Part shown: one piece after another, positions 14,001 through 27,000 of the stretch | Position numbering within the stretch: the first letter of the stretch is position 1 | Layout: every line of letters starts with the position of its first letter | Source of the DNA: Proteromonas lacertae | Taxonomy: Eukaryota | DNA: 64,000 nt | Reading direction: 5' to 3' | Assembly: GCA_002245135.1 (NCBI GenBank) | Contig: NGBS01000030.1 | Coordinates: 1 to 64,000, forward strand | The notes under the pieces: generated by a model | The model's database searches: none | Told to the model about the DNA's origin: nothing | The model's input: only the letters and a program-made list of their open reading frames with translations | Made by a program: the position numbers and the translations under genes

Positions 14001-16796
14001 CCTATAAATGCTAATATATTACTGTCATTTGCATTCTTTTCCACATAGTCTTTCAATGCAGCAATAGTGTCAAATGTATGTATTGTTCCTTGTAAAAGTC
14101 TTCGGTTTATACCATCATCATTGTTGAAATTGGCAATCATAACATTAGCATAATTGGTATATTCATCAATATAATCTTTAAAATAATTATCAGTAACATA
14201 CAAAAACACAATTTCATAGAATTGAGTGATTGTATCAGTTCCATCAAGCCAAGTGCATCTTTTCTTTATATCCATATAAGCATTAGTTTGTTCAATATAT
14301 AAGGAAGTTGAAACTGATTCGATTTGATTATTAGTTGCATTGATTTTACCTAAATGTAATTCACAGTTGATATTACCTTGTGAATTCCATTCAACTCTTC
14401 CTCCAGGTCCTTCAATACTTCGTGAATAAACAATCATTTGGTTTATACTATCATGATCAGTAGAACGAGCAATTTCAATACTCTATATAAAAATAATACA
14501 ATCAATAATATTTATACATTTGCTAATAAGAATAATGATGAATATGCAAATGCAGTTGTTGCTGTAGTTGTATTATATGATTTTATTACAGACGAATTTA
14601 TCATTCTTCCCTTATACTCTTCAGCTTTAAAAGTATCTAATGAATCAAAGTAATAATTAATAACATAATGACCATCATACTAAATAATAAATAAATAAAT
14701 TTAATATACAATTGTCCAATTAGATTCCATTACAGCTTCATCTAATGTGAATGACACAACAGGTTGATTCTGAGGTGATAATTTGTTATTTTCATTATAT
14801 TTCTGGAAGAATAATGAGTGGTAATCTCTCTCCATTATATTCACAACAATACATCTACCACCTCCATCAGGATCAGCTTTTTCACAAGCACTACTCAATA
14901 ATTGACATGCATTAGCAGCTTGAACTTCAGTATTGGATCTTTCTAAGTAATTATCGATAATATTAAATCCACCAATAGTTTGAGTTAGGTTTGTAATACT
15001 GTAAAATGTATTGGTTGAAAAATAACCAAGTGTTCTTACTATATATAAGTTTGTAATTCCTGTAGTTGTCTTTAAGGTTTGTAAACCATATTTCCATAAT
15101 GAATAAATACTAGCTCCTTACATAGAAATTAAAGAAAAATAAATATATAAAAAAATTAAAAGGATATAGATAAAACATTCTTTCTACAAGTATTACCAGC
15201 TTCAGGTGTAACATGAATATATAAATAATCAATAGTACCATCATCATTCAATAAAGATAGAAAACTATTCATATGTTCAGCTTCAGCAGTGCTAAATATA
15301 CCAACAATATTGAATCTACTTGCATAATTCTTAAATTCGTCAAATACCTCTTGTGGTGTAATAGATAAATCAATATAGATTGGAACTATTGGTTTATTCA
15401 AGACTGGTTTCTATATATAATAATAATATTAAAATGAAAATATAACTATACATTTTTATTAAAATAATCAATAGCAGCAGTAAATGAATTAATAACATTC
15501 TTTTCAAATGGAGCAAATTGATTTTTAGTTATTGTCACTCTATATGTCATTAATGCAACATAAATAACATCAGGCTTGTATGCAGTTTGAGATTCTAATA
15601 CATTACAAATAGTATCTTTTGGTATTCCATTTAAGAATGAATAAGAAACATCAGATGATAAAGTAGTAGTTTGTATTGTATCAGTTTTTATACCACTAGG
15701 ATCACTGTCATCCAATATAGCATTATATACATCAGAAATCAAAATATTACCAGGATTAATACCAAATGTCATTCCATCAGCTTCAAAATTGGCTTGTTTA
15801 TATCCTGTATATAATATATCACTTGTACTTGAAAAATCATTCAGTCTATCCTTTCCTATTTGATAGTATAAGTTAATGTGTTGGTATAAAACTATTGATT
15901 CTAAAGTATAATCTTTATTAGTCAGTTTAGTACCACTATCTGGGTTAGGCATTTTATTTAAAAAATCATTAGTTAATACTAATGCTTCAGATATAATAAA
16001 ATCTCCATTATTATTTGATTCATGTAATACTTTTCCTCTTCCATATACGGGAGTATAAATAAAATGATATTTTTTAACTAGATCTGCAGCAAGACCAGCA
16101 CTATTAATTTTTGTTTTGATTGCAGTACGAATAGTATCTTCTTTTGAAAAATAGTAAATGTCAAATTCATCAAGATCAGCTTGTTTTAATGCATTTATAA
16201 TCTTATCAGTTACTGTATCAACATCTGTTGATTTAGAAATTACCATATCATGTTTATAAGCTCTGAGATAAGTAAAAGCAGTTATTATTCTATCTTTCAA
16301 TTCAGCATTGAGGGTTTCATCAATCACAAAAGCAGTATTAAGGATTGTATTATCATTATTATCAGCAGCTATTTAACATATATAACAAATAATCATTTAT
16401 ACCTCTCAAGAAACTTCTTGTTGTATAATAACCAAGTATAATCCTTGAATAACAAACTTCCACCTCAGTGTTCATAGCGTTCCATACATATAAATTCTGT
16501 TCCTCTGCTATAATATTCAGCAAAGTTATATTAACATCAGAAAGATGAGTAAAAAACATATCTTCACTTGGATGGCCTTTTTTAAACTGTACAATGGTAG
16601 CATTTAAATTATCATCAGTAATAGTAACATGTGGATCGTATATTTCTATTTTAATATCTTGTGACTCATAGTATTTTAGAATCACTTCCATGTCATCTTT
16701 GAGTGAACCAGAAGTAACAAAATACTTAGTTACAAGAGCAGCCAAAGTATTCTCATGAAAGGAAGACCACAGCAAGAGAAAATAGAAAAAAATCAT
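5071..16796 (-). CDS. Giant class C-type (GABA-B/mGluR-like 7tm_3) receptor, ~3,800 aa: signal peptide, nine tandem UrtA/AmiC-like periplasmic-binding domains, 7TM, Ser/Thr-rich tail
   Basis: Eight minus-strand ORFs join through small introns (16369-16402, 15411-15451, ~15118-15176 boundary uncertain, 14680-14709, 14483-14517, 13102-13141, 12735-12775) plus one +1 frame slip near 10437. N-terminus MIFFYFLLLWSSF is signal-like. ~385-aa modules carry motifs such as AVDELNANGGILGKKI, LFYPFLYEGYECSKNIIY and LWYPATSEGQECKENVYYTG. The 7TM has class C hallmarks HRQQSIIR, CATR..LGL...LLGALF, LLIWFTVDP, ECL2 Cys and TKNIANEHNDS. Confidence 0.88.
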
Positions 16797-17265
16797 TTCT
16801 ATAGTCGTTTTAAATAATTTTCGGTTAGGTTTTTAAGTATATTGAAGTAAAATCTAGAAATAAGATAGTTATGAAAGTAATAAAACTCATATTTATGATC
16901 TCATGCATGATAATAAGTAGTTTATGGTAATTTTTTATTTACTCACTAAAATGTTAGACTATTTATAAAATGTATGTATGTAACTATAAAACGTGCAAAA
17001 CGAATTTAAAATAACAAAATATATAGATTGCTAATCCCTGACAATACCTTCTATATATTATCATGTATATTTTATAAATAAAGAAAATATGTTTGATATC
17101 TGTTTGATTCTTCATAAGACAATTTTGCAGTAATGATTTCCTGTGAACTTGATACAAAGATAAAATATTATTGTTGGAATTTGTGTCCATCATTATCAAA
17201 GGTATTGATGAATGAAATTTACTAATCTGTAGAATGTGAAGCCAAAGACATCTTACCTAAAAAAT

Positions 17266-17799
17266 ATGTCTGTAAAAGATCTTGAAGAGCAATATGCTGT
17301 TGAAGAAGACAGAGATACTAATGAAAGAATTATGAATTTAGTAAAATCATCAGGTATATGGTATTTTCATATGACACATGCACCAGTCCGTACAAGTGCT
17401 CAAGCTGCAGAAATTAGAGGAGTGTCTTTAGCCAGTGGTTCAAAAGCAATGTTATGTGAAGCAAAAAGTCAGAATGAGAATAAATATTATGTTTGTGTTA
17501 TGTCTGCTGTTAAGCAAATTGATTGGAAGAAACTAAGAAAACTAATAGGTAAAACAGCGCAAATGATAAATAATGAAAATGAAGTTAAAAGAATAACTGG
17601 CTGTGTTCCAGGCGCAGTTCCTCCATTTGGTAGTTTATTCAAAGGTGAAAGTGTTCAAACACTCTTAGATCAATCTTTAATAGATCAAGGTGAATTAATG
17701 AATTTTAATGTTGGATTAAGAACTGAGTCATTAAGATTAAATGTAAAAGACTATTTAGAATTAGAAAAGCCAATAATTGACCATTTTACTAAAGACTAA
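17266..17799 (+). CDS. YbaK/ProX-family aminoacyl-tRNA deacylase (trans-editing domain)
   Basis: Motifs TSAQAAEIRGVSLASGSKAML, TGCVPGAVPPFG and FNVGLRTESLRL; intronless; first ATG at 17266. Confidence 0.88.
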   Translation: MSVKDLEEQYAVEEDRDTNERIMNLVKSSGIWYFHMTHAPVRTSAQAAEIRGVSLASGSKAMLCEAKSQNENKYYVCVMSAVKQIDWKKLRKLIGKTAQMINNENEVKRITGCVPGAVPPFGSLFKGESVQTLLDQSLIDQGELMNFNVGLRTESLRLNVKDYLELEKPIIDHFTKD

Positions 17800-17868
17800 T
17801 AAGCCAAATCCAAAAATGTATATTTATACAAATATTAATTAATATGTTTTTTTTTAAATGTAATTATT

Positions 17869-18743
17869 TTAAGCCCATGCAATAATATTACCATGATCTC
17901 TACTTGGTTTGATTGGACTAACAGGTAATTCATATGTACCATTTAGAGTGTTAATTACTTGACTACTATCACTTGTTCTATTATCACGATGCTTATATTT
18001 TACTGGTTCATCACATCCATGTAACATATCATTAACAAATTTTGTCTCTCTTCCTGATCCAATACTTCTATTTTTGTATTGTGGTGGAGGAATGGGAGGT
18101 CCAAATATCTGATCTGGTACAACTGGTGGTGGTGGTCTTTGTTTCTCACCACAAATTATATAACTCGTATCTTTATATCCTTGGTGATATTTTGATACTC
18201 TTTCTGGGGAATAGTATTTGTATTGTTGGGATGGACCGTCAAAAACACCTCCAACTGCTACTCTTTGTCTATCTTTACTAATTTTCTTTTTTGGTGTTTC
18301 AATAATTGGTTCTATTGCTAGAATATATGATTAAATAATTTTCATACTGTCAAAAACAATGTGATCATCAGCCATGATAACTCTAATACCGGGTTTATCT
18401 AAGAAAAAGAATTAAATTAGAGAATTAATACATGGTGGTGGAGGAGGTGCTTCTGAATTAAAGATACTATAAAATATGATATTAATGTGCTATAAAATAC
18501 TCAGATTTCTGAAGTTCTTCCCAATGAGATGTGTGATTAGGTGGTTTGGGGTCTTCTCCTACGTTTTGAAAGATACTACATAAGATATTAAATGCAAATT
18601 ATACTTCATTATATCATCTTTTGGCACTTTAGGTTTTCTAGTTCTAGGTTTCTTCTCTGGCTTACCATCAAGCACACTACGATAAATCAATATATGTTAT
18701 ACTCTTTCATTTGGTTTGGTTTGAAAATTCTTGGGATAGGCAT
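17869..18743 (-). CDS. Proline-rich hypothetical protein, six exons, ~240 aa (absent from ORF track)
   Basis: Hand splicing of five GTAT...TAG introns gives a continuous frame MPIPRIFKPNQMKD...RPPPPVVPDQIFGPPIPPPQ...HGNIIAWA*. Confidence 0.75.
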
Positions 18744-18985
18744 CGCAGAATAAAAAATTAATAAAATGATTTTTTTTTATTCTGGCTTGGCTTGAAAGAT
18801 CTTTAACTGTAATTATTTTTCTCTAATAATCACGCAAATAAGATCACATAGTTAATATATTGTGTTTTTATTGGTATCAATAGCATAAAAAACAAGAAAC
18901 AGTAGAGTGAATGAGAGTATGAAATAATAGTCATTATTTGAGAGTTATTACCTTTTGAAAAGATATACATTATTGTCTAATCTGT

Positions 18986-21287
18986 TTATAATAAGGATTT
19001 CTTCTTTTCTAAACTGGATATTCTATCCTGCAACTTCTTAATCTCATCATCAATAAATTCAGTATCTTTAGTCTTTTGATTTTCAACAGTATATTCAGAG
19101 AACATTTTCACAATCTCAGTCTCTCTCTTTAATATGTAATCTCTGAAAGACAATCTAATATCAGGTATATTAGTCAAATTCAGATTATTACCATCAGGTC
19201 CATCAAGATAATAAGTAGGACCAGAGAAATAGCACTTAAATGGATGTTCAAATCCACTAATTAATACACTATTCCTAGCTATTTCACACAAATCACATTG
19301 TCCTAACTCCCAAAGTTGTTGAGCAGTATAATACTCTTCCAAAAGTGGATCATTAGAGTGATGTAATATCAATGGATCATCAGTAGATAAAGTGACTTTC
19401 AAACCTCTCTTAAAGAACTTATAAAATGGATTATTCTTTAATTTTACAAACAAATTATTATTGGATAATGGAGACACTGATAAACCAATTTGTTCAAGGA
19501 AGTATAGATATTGTAATGGAGTATTATCTTGTAAATTAATTCCATGATTAATAGATTCAGCTACTAAATAAGATGCAGCTAAATGCATTGTATCACCAGC
19601 TTCACCACAATGAGGTCTGAATGAAATAATAGACATGTGATGATCTTTACGGAATTGGTTTAATGAATATAAATTTGCATACATAAAATACATCCAGTAG
19701 AAATAAGCAGGATTTTCATTGTATGTCCATTTATCAGGTGTAAATTCTGGTGAAATATCTAAGCCACAATCCACAATACTTTCATCATCAACTGAATCTA
19801 ATCCATCAACACAGTTTAAGAATATATATAATTCTTTATTACTTTCTGGATTAAGGGTATTTTCAAATAATGGAATGAATATATTATCCAACATTTGCTG
19901 TAAATTATCAATTGATCCTGTTTTCTTATATACATTGTATATTCTGGGGATTTGGATCATATATCTTACATTAGTTGATGCTAACTTGTTTTCTATAAAC
20001 CAATGTGCTAATTTTGCCCATTCATCTCGTTTTCTTCCATATCTATTTAAAAAATAATTAATAATATTGAAATGTATACATAGATAAACGATATTCAGCA
20101 CAAGTATGTTTTGCTGCTTCTAAACCTTCCACTAATTGTTTTGTTATACTTGCCATATATTCACCTTTGATCATGTTATCAGTTTTAATAAATACAGTTC
20201 TTAAATCAGTCTATATATAATAATAATAGTAATAATATAAATAGTAAATAAAAAGAATATATTATACAGCTCCAAATGGGTTGTATTTAGTATTAAATCT
20301 ATCAAATCTCTGATAGATAGTACCATCAGCTTGCATGTTTAATGAATCAAGTGATAAGTGATAAGGATGTAAATTCAATGATTGGAATAATTCAGTCAAT
20401 GTTAAATCTTTTCCATTTTTATTCATGACAATTCTATCAGCATCTTCCTCTGCTTTTTCTCTTATAAATTTCAATAACATTCTTGCAGTCATGGCAGCTG
20501 ATAAATGAATATGGTTATCCACTTTTCGAACATTATCAAAATCACGATGAGGAATGAATTTCTGTACATTTACTTCCTGAGTACCTGATAATTGTATATG
20601 CATATCATAACATTGATCTAAGGTCTTTAATCTTGAATAAGTGAATGATCTTGCTGATGGGAAGTTGACTATATAACACAATCTTTCATAATCTTTTAAA
20701 TAATCAGCAAATGCAGGAACTTCATGATATACTTTGTGTGAATCTGTTTCGTAGATTTTTATAACACCTCCTTTACTTTCAAATGTGTATTTCTTTTCGA
20801 TTTTGGGAATTGGCATATCATATGGTGTATAAGGTAAGTGCTTTCTTTTTCCTTCAAGTTTCTATAATTATATTAATAGATAGTAAATACGTAATTAAAA
20901 TCTTTATATTGATTTGGATCTAGTCCACCATAATATTCAACTGGTTTTTCAAATTCATATTTCTTTCTCATATTCATTGCTTCAACTAGAAGTTTACATG
21001 CCTAAACAACTTGTAAATGTGATTTATACTTCATAGTTCTCCATGTTCTTCAGATTCTCAGCAGTTCCAACTAGAAAAGTCTCTAAAACAGATATGTTTG
21101 CTTGATGAGTTATGTGAACTTGAGTTTCTGGTATTTTAACAGCTCCAGCGCTCAAATAAGACATTGCAGCTGTAGAAGCTTTTAATTTTCTAACTTTTTG
21201 AAATTTCTTTCTTATCAAGTCATGACGGTTTAACTTAGAAGTCTCAGTACTGCAATATAATCCCAATATAGTATACTTTTCATCCAT
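18986..21287 (-). CDS. AMPD: AMP deaminase
   Basis: Motifs VRKVDNHIHLSA, RFDRFNTKYNPFG, FRPHCGEAG and SPLSNN...LSTDDPL; exons joined by small introns. Confidence 0.97.
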
Positions 21288-21378
21288 TTATTTATATTTT
21301 TAAAAACCTGACGTGTAAGAAACGAATATTTTTGAAACGGTTATATTTTTTGAAAAGTTTCATCTTTCTTTTACTGAA

Positions 21379-23328
21379 ATGGAGAGAACTCTTTGTTTAA
21401 TTAAACCAGATGCTGTGTCTATGGGTTTTACTGACGCAATAATATGTAATTTAGAGGAAAAGGGATTCTTTATTTGTCAACAAAGAGAAACTACTATAGA
21501 TCGAAGAAAAGCCATGTATAAATATATTAATTATTGATAACAATTATAGAGAATTCTTTACCGAAGTTGAAAGTGAAGAAAAATTTGATGCAATTATAAC
21601 AAATATTACATCAGGGAAGTATAATCTATTTTGTATAATTGATTAGTTTGGTTGCATTAGAATTAGCAAAAGTAAGCGCTGTAAATCACTTGAAGAATCT
21701 CTTAGGACCAACAGATCCAAAATTAGCAAAACAAATTGCTCCAAGAAGTCTAAGAGCAAGATTTGGTACTGATGAAATAAACAATGCAGTATATGGATCA
21801 ACCTCACTAACATCAGCAACGCAAGAAATAGCCTTCTTTTTTCCTCGTCCTCCTTTAAGAGAATTACCAGCAAAAGCATATTTGGCAGCAACAATACTTC
21901 CAGCAATATCACAAGCATTAGTGCATCTATGTAGAGATAGACCAGCTGATCCTCACAGTTGGATATCCAGTTGGTTGAATGTTAATAAACCATCTTCTGC
22001 TATTGGAGCAGATCCTTATCCAGAACCAGTTTTACCAGGACATGTGTTGAAATCAGACGAATTTGAATTAATACATAAAGAAAATATATTTGGGCCAAGA
22101 TTCCATCCAAAAGTATATACATATATAATAATAGTTTAATCTTTTATTTTATTTAACTTAACTTAATAGATTTGGAATTATAGAAAGACTGAAGGTCCAG
22201 CTCCAGTTTACGGTATGGGACAAGGGCATTTAGAAGGTATCAAAGCAGTCATTAATCATTTATTAAAATCTGGATTTAATAAAGTGATGTGTTTAAATAT
22301 GAGAGAAGAACCAAGTATTATAATAATAATTATTATTTATAGTGGTGTTTGTGAATGGTGAGCCAATATCATTCAGATTAGAGAATCAATTAAATGAAAA
22401 TGTCGATTACTTCTATGGAATCTCAGCATTTGATTTAGAAAGAATTGAAAATAGATTGAAGAATGATATTTATGAAACATCCAAAGAAAGAAATAATCAA
22501 ATCACAATCTATTATCAAAACAGTGTAATGGAGAATAATCCTAAAGAAATAGATATAAAACCACACTGTATTAAAACACTTAGACAATTCTATGATTATT
22601 TCAGTGAAAAATCAGATAGAATAATATACAGCAGAATACCAATTACAGATGAAATTGGTCCAGATGATACAGATTTTGATGCATTAGTGGAATTGTTAAA
22701 ACACAATGAAAAAACAACTGCTGTGTTATGTAATTGTCAAGTATATATATATATATATAATATTATTGTATATGAATAATTAGATGGGTCAAGGAAGAAC
22801 TACAACTGCTATGGTAATTGCATGTATAATATGGAGAGCAATGAATGGATTATGGAATGTAACTGATCCTGTTGAACCTAATTTCAATGAACCTGATCAA
22901 AAGAATGGTGAATTTAAATGTGTGATGAGTTTATTGAAGGATCATCCATTTGGTATTCCAATGAAGCAATTTATTGATGAGATATGTGATTCATGTGGTA
23001 AATTTCAGAATTTAAGAACTACTATTTATGATACAATAGAAAGAGCGAAGAAATCACAAGTAGAAGCTGAAATATCGTCCAATTGTATATAATATGGTCA
23101 ATTTACTGTTGATTTATAGATGCATTTTATATTCGAAGAGCTCATAATTATTTACGAAGATATTATACTCTTATTGTATTTGCAATGTATTTTTTTATAT
23201 ATTGCAATTATGATTTTATTAGATATGTAAGAGAAAATGTTGCTGATTATTTCACAATTAGTTTCAGTCAATGGATGCGTAATCATTGGACTTTCAGGAA
23301 GATTATGCACTACATTTCACTTGATTAA
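21379..23328 (+). CDS. Fusion protein: NME5/RSP23-like NDK domain, Dpy-30-type dimerisation motif, paladin-like PTP/phosphoinositide phosphatase
   Basis: NDK: MERTLCLIKPDAV and GPTDPKLAKQIAPRSLRARFGTDEINNAVYGS. Dpy-30: YLAATILPAISQALVHLCRDRPADPHSWISSWL. Paladin: VLKSDEF, WNYRK, VYGMGQ, NMREEPVVFVNG, RIPITDE, NCQ|MGQGRTTT, QNLR, YLRRYYTLIVF. The Dpy-30 motif and start of the paladin domain lie in one uninterrupted exon. Confidence 0.85.
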
Positions 23329-23477
23329 TTAAGGTAAATATGATTTATTTTGTTTTTTTTGTTTTTTATGAATTTTGGAACACCATAAACTTTCAAGTCA
23401 AGCCATATTTATTTTTTAAATTCTTTTTTTCTTGGGATACTATAAACTAAAATTTAGTTTTATCCCATAAAATAGAT

Positions 23478-23833
23478 ATGCGTAAAGATATATGTAGTTT
23501 GAGGTTATTTAAAAGCATTATTGTAACTTCATTCGTTTTTATTTCATAGTATCGTTCATATTATGGTATAATATCGATGAATAATCCTGCTAAATCGTTT
23601 GCATTTATTTCGCCAGATAAATTTGCTAGAGAGACGGTTATTAAGAATTGTGGTAGATTTGCTGGAAGTATAACTCTGATTCTAATATCATAGTATGGTG
23701 TCCATATCGATCACTTACAAATTATAATGATAGGAGGCTTCTTGTAGAAGGAAAGATGGTTGAGTATGATATTGATTGGCCTAGGAATATTGGAGAGAAT
23801 GCAGTTGCACTAAATGTGCAAGTATTCGATTGA
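23478..23833 (+). CDS. Divergent single cold-shock-domain (OB-fold) protein, two introns (absent from ORF track)
   Basis: Spliced translation MRKDICSLRLFKSII|YRSYYGIISMNNPAKSFAFISPD...IWCPYRSL...RLLVEGKMVEYDI...GENAVALNVQVFD* follows the CSD pattern (KGFGFI.PD ... L.EG..VEF.I ... A.NV). Confidence 0.7.
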
Positions 23834-24064
23834 AGATGTTAAAATATTACATTATAACATAATATTTATTGTAGTAGTTGTTTGTTTGGATATATTAGAA
23901 ATAATAACTGAAAATGGAATTAAATTACATAGGATTACGATGAATTGATAAGATGGATGAGAATTAGTATTTAATAAAAAATCTATTCGTTTTAAATTTG
24001 ATTTTCGTTTCATTTTAGTTTATGATTATATTGCTATTGTGGACATTTTTTAAATATTAATTTG

Positions 24065-27000
24065 ATGTCTATTATCACAATTGAATCTTTTCAGAAAGAT
24101 TTGACAAATCATTTGTGTTTATATAATGAAGGAAGTATAAGTACTAGAAATTCTTTGATTTCTAAGCGAATACAAAATATTAGTAAATATTATCATGATT
24201 TTAATCTTGAGTGTGAAATAGTGAGGAGAATATTACAGAAGGGAATAGATAAACAAAATAAAACTAAAGGAAAATATGTCAGTGAAATAGGAATGGAAGA
24301 TGATAAATTCATCAATCTTGTCATTAATGATTTAGAAAAACCAAAAGTATCTCAAAGCCCAATTCATATGTCAAAAGTAAGTGTTGGGTATATTGATAAT
24401 GAATCATCTCAGAAAAGTGTATTTGATTACATATCAGATATAACTGATTTTGATTTGTTTAAATCAACATCAAATTATTTAAAGATAGCTGAATTATACA
24501 ATTCAATATATAGAGAAATGATATCCTTATCAGAAATGCAGAAAAGATTAGAACAGTTGGAATTGAGTGAAAAAATAATTTTGAAACTTAAAGATGATGA
24601 ATGTGATCTATTGCGATATTATAACTATCATAACTATCATTCTGAGAGAATAACATCATTTAAAAAACTTCAAATTGAATATAATAAATTATTAGAACAA
24701 TATAAAAGTGTAAATACTGGAGAAAATCATATTAAATGTAAAGGAAACGAGTATAAAGATGATGAAAATGAAGCTAGAGATGAAAATGAGGAAAAGAAAG
24801 AGGAAAATAGACAATCTGATATAGAAGAGATGATGATGAAAATGAATGATGAAAAAAGAAGAATTAATGATAAATCTATTCACAATATGGTAGATTGTCT
24901 TCATTCTGCTGCTAAATTAAGATCAAAACTACTGAAAGAGAATGATACTGAAATATGTTCTAGAATATTGTTATTAATACAAAATTACTTTGTATTGATA
25001 AGAGATGATAATGAAGATCTTCCAGAACCAACTTTATTAATAAATAGTTGTAAAAAAATATATGATGCTGTATTTGAAATTACTGAATCATATGAAGTCT
25101 CACAAAATAAAACAAATTTAGCTTCATTGCGATTAATTTATCCTTACGATATATTATTGGAAGATAATAAAGATAGAAAGAAAGTTTTATTTGATGAGTT
25201 TGTAAATGATATGAAAAATTTGAGAAAAGAAATGAGTAAAGAAGATATTTTATATCAAAAGACATATTCCAAACATTTTCAATCATATTATTTAATTTTT
25301 GAAAAAGCAGTGTTATGTTGTTCAAAGTCACTCACGAATGATTTCAATAATTATATTAAATTAGAATCATCACTTGATAAAGTTATATTACTCCATAAAC
25401 AGTATAGTAGTAATGTTAGTAATATTTCTGTATTAAATGATACTACTTTGAATAATCAACCTTCTATTACTTTATTGAAAGAATTGATTGATAAATGTAA
25501 TAGCTATTATAGTAATGAAATTGATAAATACAAACCAAATGATATAAAAAAGGAAGAGGATGGAGGAGGAGGATGTTGTTGTTGTTGTCATAATAATTGT
25601 GTTATAGGAATTCAATATTTCTATAAATACATTAAGATAGATGATGAATATAAAGCTCAGAGATATTTCTTGGAAGCTTTTAAGGCAATATATAATACAG
25701 AGATAGTATTAGCACAATTCAGAGAAATAATAAAAATGTTAGTTGAAGAAGGATTTAATATTGAATTTCATTCGTGTATTAATAAGTTGTTGAATAAAAT
25801 GAAAGAATTAAAACCTTATGGTAAGTATAATAATTATAATACAACCTCACAAAATATAGTAGAAGAAGCTTCTTCTAGAATTGTTCTAATTATTGATATT
25901 AATACATCTATAAGAACAAAAATGGAAGAAAGTCACACATTTTTAACATCAAGTTTGAATGATATAAGAGATATGATTATAAGACTTAAGAACTATATTG
26001 TAGAAGAAGATTTATTTTATTACGAGATTTATTGTAGAATAGAATATTTGTCAAGACTTTTAGTTAGACATATTGAATTGTGTGATAGAAAAATAGCCAA
26101 ATCTAGAAGAATAGAGGAAGTATTACAACAAATGTATGAATTATGGTGGACTGATAGTGATTCAAGAGTCATTTATAGAGTAATTACTACAGAAATTCCA
26201 CAGATTGAAGCATTAACTTACAGTAGACCATCTTGTTCAGAAATATATTTAAATCCAAACCCAAATCCAACAAAGTATATATTTGGTAGAGGTATTAAAG
26301 TTGCGCCAGAACCATCCAGTGATCTATCACTATTAATAACTGGACCTCCATTACCAGTTCCATTTGGATATGAAGTATTATTAGAATCAATACTTTGGAA
26401 TGTTGAATCATATCAATATTACTATCCCAATATGAGATTAGATTTCTATAATGAAGAAATTAATGAATTATTACAAGCAAATTTACAGGTGAATAATAAG
26501 AAAGTGAAAATGTATGAAACACAGATTTCTATATATCAGAAATATATATCGTTACATATGAATGATGTTGATTTACTATTAAATACAATTATTGATAAAG
26601 AGCTGATATTGAAAGAGAATAATGAATACATAGCAGAACTTGATAAGAATGAAATGTTATATCATGAGAATACTATTCTATATGATCTATGTGGAATTGA
26701 TTGTTTGAAATTGTTTGAGTATATTGAAAATAATCTGGATGAGCTTAAAAAGGATTATAAAGAGTTTATCAAATCAAGTACTTACCATTTTAATAAGATG
26801 AGAAGATTGCACAATCTATTGGTTTTGTTAATTAAAGAGAGAGTAAAAGAGATTAAAGATATAAATGAAAATAATGCAATTCTGTACAAAGAGATATATG
26901 AGCAAGAAGATGAAATAGATAATAGAATGAAAGATGTTACACAGTATAAGAAAATGAATGAAGAAAAGTATAATGAATTGATGAAATATTATAAAGAAGA

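Noticed and set aside
5071..16796. Bacterial contamination (urea ABC transporter operon)
   Set aside because: Spliceosomal introns, fusion to a eukaryotic 7TM, matching base composition and eukaryotic flanking genes; no permease or ATPase subunits.
23870..23890. TGTTTGTT motif suggesting Blastocystis-type polyadenylation-created stop codons
   Set aside because: The motif is present here and GU-rich tracts follow other genes, but every reconstructed complete gene has a genomic stop codon.
25561..25590. GGGGCCCCCH as a metal-binding motif
   Set aside because: Encoded by GGA and TGT triplet runs in a loop-like region; most likely microsatellite slippage.
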